DNA of 64,000 nt from Glaucostegus cemiculus (lineage: Eukaryota). The stretch lies in contig CDPCPM010000078.1 in assembly GCA_976551045.1 (NCBI GenBank), positions 2,604,001 through 2,668,000 on the forward strand, written 5' to 3'. A program made the translations under genes and the position numbers. A model generated the notes under the pieces. That model did no database searches. It was not told where the DNA came from and saw only the letters and a program-made list of their open reading frames with translations. Positions 13,011 to 27,699 of the stretch are shown here, in pieces; within the stretch, counting starts at the first letter, position 1; each line of letters begins with the position of its first letter.

Positions 13011-13234
13011 AGATGAAAGGGAAGTTTTGGATACAAGAATATTGCAGAAGCCACTGCAGAGCAGCAAGAATAAGAGAAATGGTTTAATGCAACATAGTGC
13101 AACCAGAGCTTTGGATCAGATAAAGTTAATGGAGGGCTAAAGATGCTGGGCATGCAGGTGAACATAGGAATGGGTAAGTATGAAGATGACAAGGAGATGG
13201 ACAAGAACTTCAGCAGCAGATCAGCTCCTGATGA

Positions 13235-13570
13235 ATCAGAGTGGTGTGGCTAGCAGAGCTGCTGCCTTACCATTCTAAAGACCCAGATTCATTCCTGGCC
13301 TCGGGTGTTGTCTGTGTGGAGCTTGCATGTTCTCCCTGTGATTGCGTGAGTTTCTTTGGCGTGCTCCATTTCCTTCCACATTGCAAAGATGTGTAAGTTA
13401 GTAGGTTAATTAGACATTTTAGACATTGTAGATTGCCCCTGGTGTGTGGGTGAGTGGTAGAATCTGGGGGGAGTTGATGGCAATGTGAGGGGCATAAAAT
13501 GAGAAATGGGTGCCTGATGGTTGGCACGGACTCGGTAGGCTGAAGGGCCTGTTTTTGTCCTATGTGCCTC
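13235..13570 (+). mobile_element. tRNA-derived V-SINE
   Basis: V-domain-like GTGGAGCTTGCATGTTCTCCCTGTG...TTCCTTCCACA and CR1-like tail GCTGAAGGGCCTGTTT. Confidence 0.7.
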
Positions 13571-16500
13571 ACTGACTGTAAATGGGTTCATGCATTGATC
13601 CTACATGTAGTAATTCCACAGCACTCTTTATATAATAACTGCAGGTGTAAAAATTGGAAAATGCTTGGTTTGAAACCTAATCCCACTTTACCTCATTCTC
13701 TTTCATCTGGGATTTCAGAGGGTCAACTTTCTCCCAGAAAAGGTCACTCATTAGAGATTGTAATCCCTTCTGTGACTGCTGTCAGAGAGATTTGGAAGGA
13801 TCAAGAGGCACCTGTCCGTCAATGTAACTCTGTCGTACTGTAGGGTAGGAGCTGCAGTTGCTGACAATATGTGTAAACTCTTAATGTATACATACTACAT
13901 GCACACACATGGAACACAGAGAGAGCTCATTCAGCCCATTTTGCCTATGCTGGCTCTTTGAAGGAGCTATTTGATTAGCCCAATCTTGTTTTGCTTTATT
14001 CAATGGGTTACATATTCCATTACAAGTATATATCTAATCCCCTTATGAATGTTATTATTGAAACTGCTCCCATCAGCCTTGGCCATTAACACTATTTGTG
14101 GTTCCATGAAATTTTTTTCACACCCCCGTTAGTTATGATCAGAAATGATGATCACAACATATGACTCTGTGAGGAGGCTTCGCCACACTTGCCCTTCGTC
14201 TTAAACCTTTGTCCTCTGGTTACAGTCTTTCCTATCAGTAGAAACACTTTCTCCTACTTCATTCCATCAAAAGCTCTCATAATTTTGAACTCAGTCTTCT
14301 CCGGTCTAAAAAACTAGCCCCAGCTTCTCCACTCTCTCCACATAACCCCTTACCCCTGGTGCCATTCTGATAGGTCGCTGCCATCCCACGCTAAGGCATT
14401 GACAGTTTTCCTAAATTATAGCACTCGGAGATGAGACCAAGTTCCTCATCTGAGGTCCGGACAGTAACTTACAGTTGTGTTACTATCGGGCTTTCCCTGC
14501 TTGTGGAGGTTATACCACAAGCATTGAAAGCTCAGGAGAGAAATGGAAGCAGGCAAATTGGTGGTGGAAGCTTGATTTGAGGTGGCATTTGTCAGAAAAA
14601 TATGTTTGGGGATCTGGAGGTAGAACATCTATGTGTAATTCTCCCTGTGACTGGAACCCTTCATAAGCAGCATCTTAAAATTATATCTCTGGGTCCATCT
14701 CTAGCATCCCTTCAGATTGACCCAGAGTCTCCAGTAATTTGCAAAAAGATCTTTCTTCACATCTCTTCTGCCACTCTATGAAGACCCCAAGAAGTAGGAG
14801 CAGGAGGAGAAAGAAATCTTCTCTGAAGTTTTTGTATAAATATGAAGAAATTGTGTGTACATTTTTGGTGCAATAGTTCATGCACCTTACTTTTAAATCC
14901 GTCAAATTTATACTTATAATATGATTGAATTGTCTTGTATGACTTATGTCTAAACTGTTTAAATAGAAGATGCACTTACTTCAATCAAACCAAATGCATG
15001 AGAATAAGTACACCTAATGGCTAATTCTCTTTTGATACCGGAGATAGAAGAGGAATTCCCCTAGTATCTCCTGTCTGTAAAGTTTCCAACACAGAGCAGC
15101 ACTAATCATGTGGGGATGTAGAGATCAATTACTTTTTAGGAGAGGGGTAAGATCAGTGTCAGGCGATTAAAAAAAAAAAGTATTTCCCATATCTTCAAGC
15201 TCTGCTAGCTCCCACTCATGAAGTATTGCCTAAAGCAAGAACAACTGGAAATCCTATGGATGCGTCCAAATGATAAAGACAATAGATAAATGGAAGTAGT
15301 TGTTATTGCTGTAACTAGAGCATGAGTTAAAGAATCTTGCTGAATAAAAAAGTTCTTGACTTGACACATTCTTTCATCTGAGTTGTGGTGAAAAAGTGGA
15401 GAATAGTCTTAAAGGTTTTGATTGCCAATATTGAACTGTGTCAAGCTCCAGCATTTATATGAACATGATATCATTGTCCAAGGATCTCTAGTTGGTGGTG
15501 AAGCCACAGTGTCAGTGGAATTCCACCCTGACCTCTGAAGAAAGGTTGCAATTACCCTAAGGATTGCTGCAGTGGGAATTCACAGAGAGGAACCAGCTCT
15601 GTCCACCGTGTTAAGGTCCTGCATGGCAACAAGAGATTGCTGCAACGTAAATAGAGCAGGGGTTAGGAATAGAATAGAATAAAGTAAGAAGAGAAATAAA
15701 ACCCTGATAGTTACACCTCAGGTTTAGCTGTCAAGGGTATCAGATATAAAGAATATTTCAAAAGCTAGAAGCTTTGCCACTAATTCCAAGAAAAATTTCC
15801 AAGAAAAAAATAGAAACATACTTAAATGAACTCAAACCATACAAATATATCAAAGTTCTATTTACCTCATCCTAAGAGCCATTCTCCTCCATTGAAATTA
15901 GTGGGATAGAGGTCTCTGTGCCAGATCCAAATGGTATTGGTTGTTCAAGCTGCTTCCCTGCTGTATGTGATGGGGAAATGCTACAGGATCCTGTGTTATT
16001 GCTCAACTCCATGAGTTTGAGGTTTGAGTGCAGTTGGCAAAACTACCAGGAAAAGCTGGCTGCAACTTCAGGGCTTCTGGATTCACAGGGAAATCCTGTA
16101 CCTGCAGACAGTTACATGAGAACTGCTGATGACTCCCAGCAAAATCCGGGCCATTTACTGAAAGATGCACTGCCACAACCCAACACGGCTTTCTCAGCAG
16201 CACCCCGCAAACCTGTGTGACCTCCACCCCTGGAATGACAAAGGCAGGAGGTGTATGGGAACTCCACCAGCTTCATAATCACTGGGTCAAGATCTTGGGG
16301 CTCCCTTCCCAACGCTGCACCTTCACCGCACAGACTGCATTGATTCTGATGGACATTTAGGAATGGGCAATAAATGCCAGTCTTCCCAATAGTCTGCATT
16401 CTCCATGTGAAACAAAAATCAATGGGAAATGCCGATACTTCAGACTACACTGCAGGTGTCAGCCAAAGCTCAGAGCAACATATTTTTCTATGAGTCACAG

Positions 16501-17109
16501 AGCAGTCAGTTTGTGCACATTCCTGAGACTTAAGCATAATATCCAGGCTGACACTTCAGTCCAGTCCTGAGATAGGCCTGCATTGTTGGGGATGACAATC
16601 TTCTGATGACATTTTAATCAAGGCCTCTTCTGCTCTCTCATGTGAAGCTGAAGGATCCATTTGAAGGAGTTCACGCTGTTGCCCAGGCCAATGTTAATCA
16701 CGTTATTGAAATATTCTATGATCATTTATCCAATTGTCACATTACCTACTTAACAATGATGGCCACACAGTCACAGAGTGCTTTATTTTCTTTGGAACGC
16801 CACATCATCCTAATGTCCCAAAAGGTGTTATAAAACTGCAAGTTCTCTCTTTGTTTTTACAGAAGCAAAACCCAATTAATTAAGAGGGATGACCTGGGTC
16901 ACACAAGTGACATGAAAAGTTAAGTGAAATAATTAATGGCAAGAAAAACCAAAGTGACTGCTGAACAAACAGATACGTGGATAGGAAGCGTTTAAAGGGA
17001 TATGGGCCAAATGCAGGCAAATGGGACTAGCCCAGATAGGGAACTTGGTCGGCACGAATGAGTTGGGCCAAAGGGGCTGTTTCCATGTTGTGTGACTCTA
17101 TGACTCTAT

Positions 17110-17510
17110 GGAAAATTGGTTTATTGTCACGTGTTGTGAGGTACAGTGAAAAATGTTGTTTTGCATGCCATCCATACAGATCATTTCATCACATCAGTAC
17201 AGGGGGAAAAAGCAATAACAGAATGCAGAATAAACTGTTACAGTTACAGAGAAAGTGCAGCGCAGGTAGACAATAAGGTGCAAGGCCATAACAAGGTAGA
17301 TTGTGAGATTAAGAATCCATTTTATCGTACAGGGGGATTGGTCTTATAAAAATGGCATAGAAGCTGTCCTTGAGCCTGGTGGTACATCCTTTAAGGCTTT
17401 TGTATCTTCTGCCCAATGGGAGGAGGGAGAAGAGAGAGTGTCCAGGGTGGGTGAGGTCTTTGATTATGTTGACTGCTTTACAGAGACAGCAAGAAGTGTA
17501 GATAGAGCTC
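17110..17510 (-). mobile_element. Rex/Babar LINE 3' end fragment
   Basis: Minus ORF SIYTSCCLCKAVNIIKDLTHPGHSLFSLLPLGRRYKSLK; 3'UTR shared with 22005-23307. Confidence 0.8.
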
Positions 17511-19064
17511 ATGATGTTGGCAGATGGAGTATAATACGTGAAAATGTGAGGTTATCCACCTTGGTAGGAAGAATAGAATGGAAGAATATTGTTTCTATTG
17601 AGTGAGAATACAGAACACAGCTATAGAGGGGGTTTGGTGTCCTCATCGATGACATGCAGAATCAGCATGCAGAAACAGCAAGTAATTAGAAAGGTAAATT
17701 GAATGTTGACTTTTATTGCAAAGGGGATGGAGTATAAAAATGATCATTTATGATCAGAAATGGCTTGTTTGCTGGTGGGATTGATAATCTGATTGATTCA
17801 CTATTGCATAGTTAAGGGTTACATCTTTTTAACTGCCCAGGTGTCAAGGGGATGACTCTATTGCACCACACTGTACAAAAAAGCAGAGAAGGTTGGCATA
17901 ACGGGATGCAGGCAGGAGCCACTTTATAATCATTTTCAAATATGTACCACTTACTGCAGATCACTTTAATGTGCATAATCTGTATGTGCTTAACAGCCTC
18001 CTCCAAAAGTAGCTTCGTTTAAATTTTCTGGGCATGTTTGCAGTTTGGAGGGTTGGGGGGAGATCTCTGAAGGAGGGGGAGATTGAGGGTTGAAATTAAT
18101 TTCAGTGAGAGTTGTTCCCCCCTACCCAGCACTTATGGCAGTGAAAGAACGAGTCTTGATTTGACTACATTGCCCTGAAGGTGGTCAACATCGTGCCTGG
18201 AACCAGAGGGGATATGAATAAGCTCAACCCCAGTCTTGAACAAGAGCCAAATTAATGAGGCTTTTGATAAAATCCAAATGGTCACACGGAGCCAGAGTTA
18301 AGCCAAGTCCTCTCTCTTTGGGGACAGAAAAGCACAGAATTCTTTTAACGCCTTTAACCCCTTCCAGCCCAGCTTCATTCCTCAACAGTACAGACTACGA
18401 TGTTGATCTCCTGTTGACGGTTGAAGCTTTGGTTAGAGCCCCATCTGGAGCTCATGTCCGGCCATTGGATCTAAGGAAGGATAAGTTGTATAGTTCTTTC
18501 TTTTGAGTTTGAAGGTGACCATGACATTACTATTGCTTTGATGTCTGTGGGTGTGTGAGTGACAGCTCAGGCAAATATTTGCTTTGACCTATCTGTGGTG
18601 TATTTGACCTATCTGTGGTGCATTAAACAAGAGGTGTAACTTAGAGTAGCACGATTAATGAGTAGCTGTCTGCTGCTGCTGTGAGTATTGACCTGCATGT
18701 GCCTCTGTCCTGCCTCAATATTTCTCCTCTATACATAGATTGTAGACGCAGAATGAAAGAGTCTTCGCCAGGTGGCACTGTCATGACCAAGACTTCCCCA
18801 AGACTATGAGTCAACCTTGAACCACTTCAAGGATGACTTGAAGGATTCCTTGACACACACATATGATGGCTTTAGCTTTGCTGTAGGAGATTTTCTTGGT
18901 CAATCCTTGTTTGACATGCTAGTCATGTGGATGCTTGGAATTCCAGCCTTTGTGTGCACACAGCCCATGTGAAAGTGTTTCAGTTTTATCGCAGGGCCTT
19001 TATAGGTGTCAGGGTTTCAGATCACACTATAGGGTGGACAAAATCTATGTAGATCCTGAGTTCA

Positions 19065-19980
19065 AGTCAAGTTGAGTTTATTGTCATCAGCACAAGGTAC
19101 TGCAAGGTACAGGTACAATAAAAAAAAACTTGCTTTCAGCAGCGTCACAGGCTTGTAGATTCAAACAACGCACAGAACACTCCGACGAGAGTGTTCTGTG
19201 AGAACCTCTCTCACTGCTCCCCCTCTGTGGTTTCTACAGTGAAGTCTCTACACAGAGCTTGAATTATGCGTAGATCATACAAGACAGTGGAAAAACAAAG
19301 ACTGCAAAACAAAACATTAGTGCAAAACAATCGCAATCAGAGATAAGTCCATAGTAGTGCGAGAGGTGGTCTGTAGTGTTCCTTTACTGAGGTAGGGTTA
19401 GGGTTGTGCTGGTTGGTTCAAGAACCCGATGATTGTAGGACGTTATCTGTTTCTAAACCTAGTAGTGTGGGACTTCAGCTGTCTGCACCTCCTACCTGAT
19501 GGTAGCAGTGAGAAAAGGGCATGATCAGGATGGTGGGGATCCTTGATGATAGATGCTGCTTTCCTGAGGCAGCACCTCATGTAGATGCTTTCAGTGGTGG
19601 GGAGGGTTGTGCCTGTGATGGACAAGGCTGTGTCCACTACTCTCTGTAGCTTCTTGCATTCCAGTCCATTGGAATTGGTGTACCAGGCCATCATGCAACC
19701 AGTCAGAATACTCTCAATAGTGCATCTATAGAAGCTTGTTGGAGTACTTGGTGCCATGCCAAATCTCCTTCAGTTTCTAAGAAAGCAGAGATGCTAGTGT
19801 GCCTTCTTCAAAATTCTACCTATGTGCTGGGCCCAGGACAGGTCACCGAAGATGTTAACGCCCAGGAACTTGGAGCTGCTGACTCTCTCTACTTCCCACC
19901 CACCAATGAAATCTGACATGGTCTCCCAACTTTCCCCTTTGTGAAGTCAATGATCAGTTCCTTGGTTTCATTGATGTTTA
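19065..19980 (-). mobile_element. Rex/Babar LINE 3' portion
   Basis: FYRCTIESILTGCMMAWY...KLQRVV...IIKDPHHPDHALFSLLPSGRR; short repeated tail at the left end. Confidence 0.85.
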
Positions 19981-19984
19981 TTTG

Positions 19985-20700
19985 TGGATGAATCCCTCTG
20001 TTTTCTACCGGTTTGCAAGTGATCTGCAGAAGGCCACACGTATTACCAAATCAAGTGTTGATTTTATCCATGATGTGGAACGCACTGTTGAGATAGGTGG
20101 ACACCCACGTGTTGGGTGGGTTTAGGCTTGGGTGGGTGGGTTTTTACCATGCTGCAGGTAAAGCATTCCTGGTACTGGGTGGTTCCTCACTTCTGTCTTC
20201 CTGTCATTGATTGCCAGACCAAGATAGTCACAAGCCAGAGCAAAGTGGTGCTTTGCTGAATGCTAGATTCAAGGAACACTCATCACCAAACAGAAGATCA
20301 CAATCAGTAACTTCCTGTAACTTTTTCCTTGCCTGTAGTTTCCTCACACCAAAAAGCTTGCCATCAGTTTGGTAACTCGTGTCAATCCCAACATCAATCA
20401 TAAAAGGCATCTGTAACCATGACAGAGGATGTTATTCTACTGAGGCAACACACAGCCCAGCTTTACTCCACTGGAGGCTGGCTATAATTCAACCGTTCCA
20501 CAAATTTTGTCAACACACATGCCCATGTCATATAATTGCTAAGGAACTGCAAATCCCACATCTTCAGTCCCACGTCTTCAGTCCCATGCCCTTTCCTGAA
20601 ACCACAGTAGCACTCAGGCAAATGCCCTTGTTCAACGTACTGCACAAAGTGCTTCAGCAGAGTTGTGGCAAGGGTATTGCCAGCTGCTGCCAGTGAGGAG
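19985..20700 (-). mobile_element. Degraded RTE (BovB-like) LINE RT fragment
   Basis: Remnants LPECYCGFRKGHGTED and YQTDGKLF...LQARKK...DLLFGDEC (consensus-like DLLFADD). Confidence 0.7.
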
Positions 20701-22004
20701 GTGACCTGATGACTGCCACAGGACTGTTTATGCCATATAAGTGGAAGGTGAATATGTCCTTATATTCTTGGTATGTAATTCCATGACTGGAAGAGTTCAG
20801 CCATTTCTGGAGCCATGTAAATGTCTCAGGATTAAATGTCTTACTGATCTACTATCTGTCCCAGGAGTTTTATCATTTAATAGCACATCAAAGACTTTCA
20901 TAGTTTCAGTCAGCACTGAAGCATCAGCCTGAGACATGCTGATGTCCACCTGGGGCAGACAATTATTTGCATCCTTACTAATAGATGACGGCTGATTGAT
21001 GATGATGTTGAAGTCTGCTGTCTATCAATGCTGTACATTTTCACTGTACACTCGCAGCAGTGTACAATTAGCACTCAGTATGGGAGATGTTCCTGATAAT
21101 TTATATTGCCCTCAGTGCATCATAGAAGATGTCATCCCTCTCTATATTGAACTGAATCTCATCTGCCTTGTTGCTCAGCTGTGAGCTTTGCACCTCTCGG
21201 AGTTTGCACTGGGCACTCTTCTTAATGTTGGAGTGATGTCGAGAAGCACCTTACGCGCAAAGGGAAGTGGGCATCGCATTATTTATTCATTTTCTGGATC
21301 AGACATCACTGGCAAGGCCAGCATTTATTGCCCATCCCTAATTGCCCTTGAGAAGATGGCAGTGCGTTGCTTTCTTGAACCACTGCAGCCCTTCTGGTGA
21401 AGGTGCTGCCACAGTGCTGTTGGGGAGGAAGTACCAGGATTTATACCCAGTGACGATGAAGGACCGGCAATATAGTTCCAAGTCAGGGCGATGTGTGACG
21501 CGATCTCCCCCTTAAAACTAAATGGCTTAAAAATTTCAAGGCTGTGATTGATCAGTTGTTGGCAGGAAAACAATGTGTTGTAGATTGAATGCAGATAAAT
21601 CAAGACAAAATATAGATCAATGACAATCTAACTGAATGATGGTAGAGGCTGACTTACTCCTCTTCATATGTTTTGGAATTTCTGACCAATTGTGCCGTAG
21701 TCCTACAGCTCCACTCCTCATGGCTTATCTCCCTGGCGCTGTTGTATGGTGCAGTGGGCTGGTTCCATGGTCAATGTCTTTTGGGTCAGCTCTGACTCCT
21801 TGACACACCATGCTGTAAAGTTCTGGGACATGGCTGACAACCACACACCTGGGTAGATTTTAAGGGAGATAAGCAGAGATGTTTTAAATGATCCAGGGAC
21901 CTGGTGGGATGGGCAAAACAGAGAGCAGGGCAATTTAGTTCTAACCCATCACCCATTCCTTCCTCTTCCCCATTCACAAAGGGTGGTAAAGAAAGCATAT
22001 GGCA

Positions 22005-23307
22005 TGCTTGCCTTTCACCTATTGCCGAAACAGGTCCACAGCAGACGCCGTCTCCCTGGCCCTACACTCAGCTCTGGAGCATCTGGACAGTAAAGACACG
22101 TACATTAGACTATTGTTTATTGACTACAGCTCTGCCTTCAATACAATAAACCCAAGCAAACTTGTTACCAAACTCCGAGACCTGGGACTCAACGCCTCCC
22201 TCCGTAACTGGATCCTTGACTTTCTAATCAACAGACCACAATCAGTGAAGATAGGCAGCAATACCTCCAGCATGATTATTCCCAGCACTGGTGCCCCACA
22301 AGGCGGCGTCCTCGGCCCTCTACTCTACTCCTTATATACTCATGACTGTGTGGCCAGAATCTGCTCTAACTCCATCTACAAGTTTGCAGATAATACCACC
22401 ATTGTAGGCCATATCTCAAACAGCGATGAGTCGGAGTACAGGAAGGAGATAGAGAGCTTAGTGGAATGGTGTCATGACAACAACCTTTCCCTCAGTGTCA
22501 ACAAAACAAAAGAACTGGTCATTGACTTCAGGAAAGGGGGTAGTGTAACATGTGCCTGTCTACATCAATGGTTCTGAGGTCAAGAGGGTTGAGAGCTTCA
22601 AGTTCCTGGGAGTGAACATCACCAACTACCTGTCCTGGTCAAATTATGTAGATACCATGGCCAAGAAAACTCCCCAGCGCCTCTGTTTCATCAGGAGGCT
22701 AAAGAAATTTGGTTTGACCCCTTTGATTCTCACCAACTTTTATCGATGCACCATAGAAAGCATCCTATCTGGATGTATCACAGCTTGATATGGCAACTGG
22801 TCTGCCCAGGACCACAAGAAACTGCAGAGAGCTGTGGACCCAGCCCAGCGAATCATGAACACCAGCCTCCCCTCCCTTGTCTCTGTCTTTACCTCCCGTT
22901 GTCTTGGTGAAGCAGCCAGCATAATCAAAGATCCCACCCACCTGGGTCATTCTCTCTTCTCTCCTCTTCCATCGGGTAGAAGATACAGGAGCCTGAGGGC
23001 ACATACCACCATACTTAAGGACAGCTTCTACCCCACTATGATAAGAGTATTGAACGGTTCCTGTAAACAATGATATGGACTATGACCTCATGATCTATCT
23101 TGTTGTGACCTTGCACCTTATTGCACTGCACTTTCTCTGTAGCTGTGACACTTTGTACTGTTATTGTTCTTACCTGTACTACCTCAATGCACTCTGTACT
23201 ACCCCAATGTTACTGCACTGTGTAATGAATTGATCTGTACGATCGGTATACTAAACAAGTTTTTCACTGTACCTCGATGCAAGTGACAATAATAAACCAA
23301 TACCAAT
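22005..23307 (+). mobile_element. 5'-truncated Rex/Babar LINE (RT to 3' tail), frameshifted
   Basis: [49 protein letters not shown]. Frameshift near 22540, in-frame stop near 22787, tail AATAAACCAATACCAAT. Confidence 0.92.
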
Positions 23308-23850
23308 AGTCAAGGCACTGAGTTCAAGAGTCAGGAAGCTATGTTGTAGCTTTATAAAACTGGTTCAGCTGCATCTGGAGTATTGCATTTAATTCTGGTC
23401 ACCCCACTTAGGAAAGATGTGGGTTTACCAGGATGCTGCCTGGATTAAAGGGCATGTGCTATGAGGAGAGGTTGGACACATTTGGGTTGTTTTCTCTGGA
23501 GTGGCAGAAGCTGAGGGGAGACCTGATAGAAGTTTATAAGATTATGAGGGGCATAGATAGACAACCGGTAACTTTTTCCCAGGGTTGAAATATCTAATAT
23601 TAGAGGGCATGCATTTAAGGTGAGAGGGGATAAATTCAAAGGAGATGTACAGGGCAATTTTTTTACACAGAGTGTTGGGTTCCCGGAATGCGCTGTCAGG
23701 TATAATGGTTGAGGCAGATAAGACAGAGGCATTTAAGAGGCTCTTATATGGGCACATGAATGTGCAGAGAATGGAGGGAAAATGGATTAGTTTAGTTTGG
23801 TGTGTAATTAGTTTGGTACAACATCATGGGTCGAAGAGCCTGTTCTGTGT
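23308..23850 (+). mobile_element. CR1 LINE 3' fragment
   Basis: CTGGAGTATTG...TTCTGGTC and GAGGGGAGACCTGATAGAAGTTTATAAGATTATGAG match CR1 ORF2. Confidence 0.82.
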
Positions 23851-26800
23851 TTAAAATGAACCATGGTATTTGGAGGTCTCAGGGGTGGGAAGAAGTACTT
23901 CAGCAGGCCAAAATCCGTTCTGCAAAACATGAGTGATGCGTTCCAGAATTGGAGAAGGAACGTTGGATTAAACACAGCATAAAACACAGAGAAAGGGAAA
24001 ACTGGATTTGAATTGCACCTTTCATATCCATGGGATATCCTGACGCATTTTACAGCTAATTAGGTGCTTTTGAAGTAAGTTACTGAGGTAATGTGGAAAA
24101 AGCATTGCCTGTGAAATAACACAGCACTCCCACAGTACCATGGCAGCCTGGGTTTTGCACTCTGGTCTCCACAGTCTGACTTAATCCTTCTGACTCAGAG
24201 GTGAAAGTGCTACCCCACTGAGCCACAGCTGACACTGTCTGGCTCTTCTGAAATTCGGAATATGTCATCCCTCATTGTGCCAAGGGAAAAATAAGCTGTG
24301 TATAACAGGAAAGTGAAACACCAGCATCCTTTTGTTTGAACTGTAGAAACGTAAAGACACTCAAAGAATCGTACAGCCCCTTCAGTTTTTAATTTCTCAG
24401 GCGATCTTTAAATGTATTCCACGCAAGCATACATAAGCAGGGGTCTGGACAGAAGGTTTGTCAATCCAGCTATTCATCTCAGGTTTTGCAAGGAGATCAA
24501 GTGACCAGTATGTTCTGAAAATAAACCTTGATCGGTTCACATAACGTATTTCTGGCTAGAGCATTGCACACTAACTTGCATTTATACAGCACCTTCTATG
24601 TGGTGTAGAACCTTAAGGTGCACATAAGAAGATTGACTTTTGATGAAAAATCATTGAACTAAAAGGTTAACTCTGTTTTTCTCTCTCCATGATTGAATGG
24701 TAGAGCAGACTCGATGGGCCAAATGGCCCAATTCTGCTCCTCTATCTTTTGGCCTTGTGGATCTTAATGCGAACTCAACCCTTCACTGAATGAGGTGCGG
24801 TTCATTGCTGCAATGACATGACTGTACAAAAGTCTATTATTAGAACAAACCCTTTGGCACATGGGAAGGTGGAAGGCACCAACGAGCCAGTGGATATTGT
24901 AAAGTTAACCAGTATGGAGTTTAGGAAGGCAGTCACATCCTTCTTTTATAGACTGGAAGTAGTTTTTTGTTTAGTTGTCTGCTATTTTTTTCTTGGAATG
25001 AATATGTTGTTGGAAAGGCAGGTGTTTAGTAACCATTGTCAGTTATTCTTGGGAAGGTGATGGTGAGTTGTCTTCTTGAACCTTTACAGCCTATGTGGTG
25101 AAGGTGCATCCACAATGCTGTTGTATAGGATGTTCCAGGGTTTTGACCCAGTGATGATGAGGTGTCCACTTTGGGATGGTCTGTAAAATGGAGGGGAACT
25201 TGGAAAGGTAGTGTTGCTTTGATATAAAAATGGTTGTCAATGAGATATTGTGTATCAAAAGCATTACATTTTTGCCAAATCCATTACATGTCTGTAAATC
25301 GATTTAGCAAAAATGTAACATTTAAATTCATTTAGTCATCTGGAATTTTAAAAGATTGTTGGTCATTAGCAATGATGACCATAAAACTGATGGATTGTCG
25401 TAAAAACCCATTTGATTGACTAACGTACTTCAGAGGGGACGCGCTGCCAAAACACAGGAAGTTCACTGAGCTCCAGTGATCTTTGGAAATCTGGCATAAA
25501 GCTAACAGGCAGCCACACACCAGCTCCCAAGTACAGAGCAACTGTTGTAGGGTATAGAGAGCCATGTCAGTCAGGTTGAGGGGAGCATCCAGGAGAAGTG
25601 TGCATTTGGTTGCCAAGCACAAAGAAGCAATGAAGGAGGTTCTTTACATTGTAGATTAGAAAGAAACAGAGAGTTAGCTAGTACCTTCTTCCCCAGAAGG
25701 CAGTGATTGTTTGCCACAGGAGTCACCTTAACTGAATGGCTGTTATTCATGGTTGAAATTCACTGGCCAAGGCTGATTCCATTTGTGCCCGATTCTGTCC
25801 TCCCATAACGTCCATATAACCACAGTTTGCGCAAGTTCCTGGATGGCAACCAGCTGAAATGGTCAGCTCTCTCTAAAGCAGGAGGAGCCGTGGTTTGCAA
25901 TAAATGTCATTGTGGGTGGAAACCGGAGCACCCAGAGGAAACCCATGCAGACAAGGGGAGAACATACAAACTCCTTACAGACAGTGGCCAGAATTGAACC
26001 TGGGTCGCTGGTGCTGTAAAGCATTATGCTAATCACTACACTAACGTGTCTGTCTTTAAATTAATTTTATATATATCTAAAAGGGGCTGTATCTCTAAAT
26101 TCACTTGACACCAAACTAAAGGAGACTAAGTTTTAAAGTCAAAGTTACAAAAAACTCAATAGGACTGTGCCTTTAAATTAAGTTTACACTAATGTAACAT
26201 GATTTGTACTTTTAAATCCCATTTACCCAACTCTACAGGGGACTATGTCTTTAAATTCCAGAATCAAGAGACTGCTAAAAATAAATTGGTCTGTGTTTCT
26301 TGAGGAAAATGTTCTGTTTCTCTTGGCTACATAGCAGATCGAAAGCTGTTCATGAAAGGATTCCAATGTTAGGGTCTGCAACTTATTTTTCCTGAGATTC
26401 ATTTTCACCATGAATATTTAAAAAACCTGGGAATTATTCAATTTATAATCTACATACTAAAAGATAAACGGCACAAGTCCAGAGCAGCAGTATGTATAAG
26501 GTGTTACATTTAGTGAGGCCACTTGTGTCTATCCAATACTAATAATCCAACATAGAGTAAAAATCAATTGACTCATTGGGGGCTACTCCTTCCATAGATA
26601 CTTTGGACTCTACCCGTGTTCATATGTAGAAGTGTGTCCTTGGCTCAGCACATAATATTCTTGCATCTGATACAGTCATAAGTTCAAGCACAACTTCAGA
26701 ATCTTTATTGCAGTGCTCTGCCCAGTGCCCCTCAACAATATCCTTTCCTCAAACAGCATGTAATGGCAGGGATCTACACCCGAACAAGGTCTATTTTGAA

Positions 26801-26959
26801 CAGCATGGTAATATAGGAAACACAGTTGACTATTTGTAAACAGCAAGGTTGTAATAAGCACCTCAATAATATTATCCATAATGTTTCAAGGATAAATATT
26901 AGCCAGGAAAATGGGGACAACTTTTCTGATTTTCCTGGATCTTCCACATATATCTTTAG

Positions 26960-27520
26960 TTAAAAAGGGCATTGATGTGACCATGTCTGGTATACTGTGT
27001 ACAGTGTTGATCTCGCTATTCCAGGAAGGGTGTTAATATACTGGAGGCAGTTCAGAGAAGGTTTACAAGGCTGACAACTGGGGCTGGTGTCTTATGAGAA
27101 AAGGTTGAACAAACTATGCTTGTATTTGCTTGAGTTTTGAAAAGGGAGACGGGACGATTGAACCAGATGAGATCCTGAGGGGTCTTGACAGGTTGGATGT
27201 GAGAATGTTTCATATTGTGGCAGAATCACTGTTTTAAAATAATCTGCTCCATTATCTTGTGATCTGCTCCATTATCTTATCTTGTGATTTAGGAGAGAGA
27301 TGAAGTGACGTTATTTACACTCTTCTTCAAGGGGATGTGGAAGCAGAGTCATTGAATATTTTTAAGGCAGGGGTAGATAGATTCTTGATAAGCAAGGGGT
27401 GAAGGGTTAAGGGGACGTAGATGGGAATGCAGAGTTACAGTCAGATCAGCCATAATCTTGTTAAATGGCGTATTAGGCTCAGTGGGATCAAAGGCCAACT
27501 TCTATTCCTAATGTTTACGC
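26960..27520 (+). mobile_element. Old CR1 LINE 3' fragment
   Basis: Similar to 4500-4995. Confidence 0.7.
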
Positions 27521-27699
27521 TCATATATAATATCACCTTTTATAACATCTCCACCGAAAACAGACACCTCCACCTCCAAGTGTGCAGCCCTCTCACTATT
27601 GCTGCACAAATCATTGGAGTGAGACTTGAACCCTGTACTCTCTGACGTGCAAACAAGAACATGCAAAGCTGGCGCAAACCTGGATTTTCAACTAATCAG

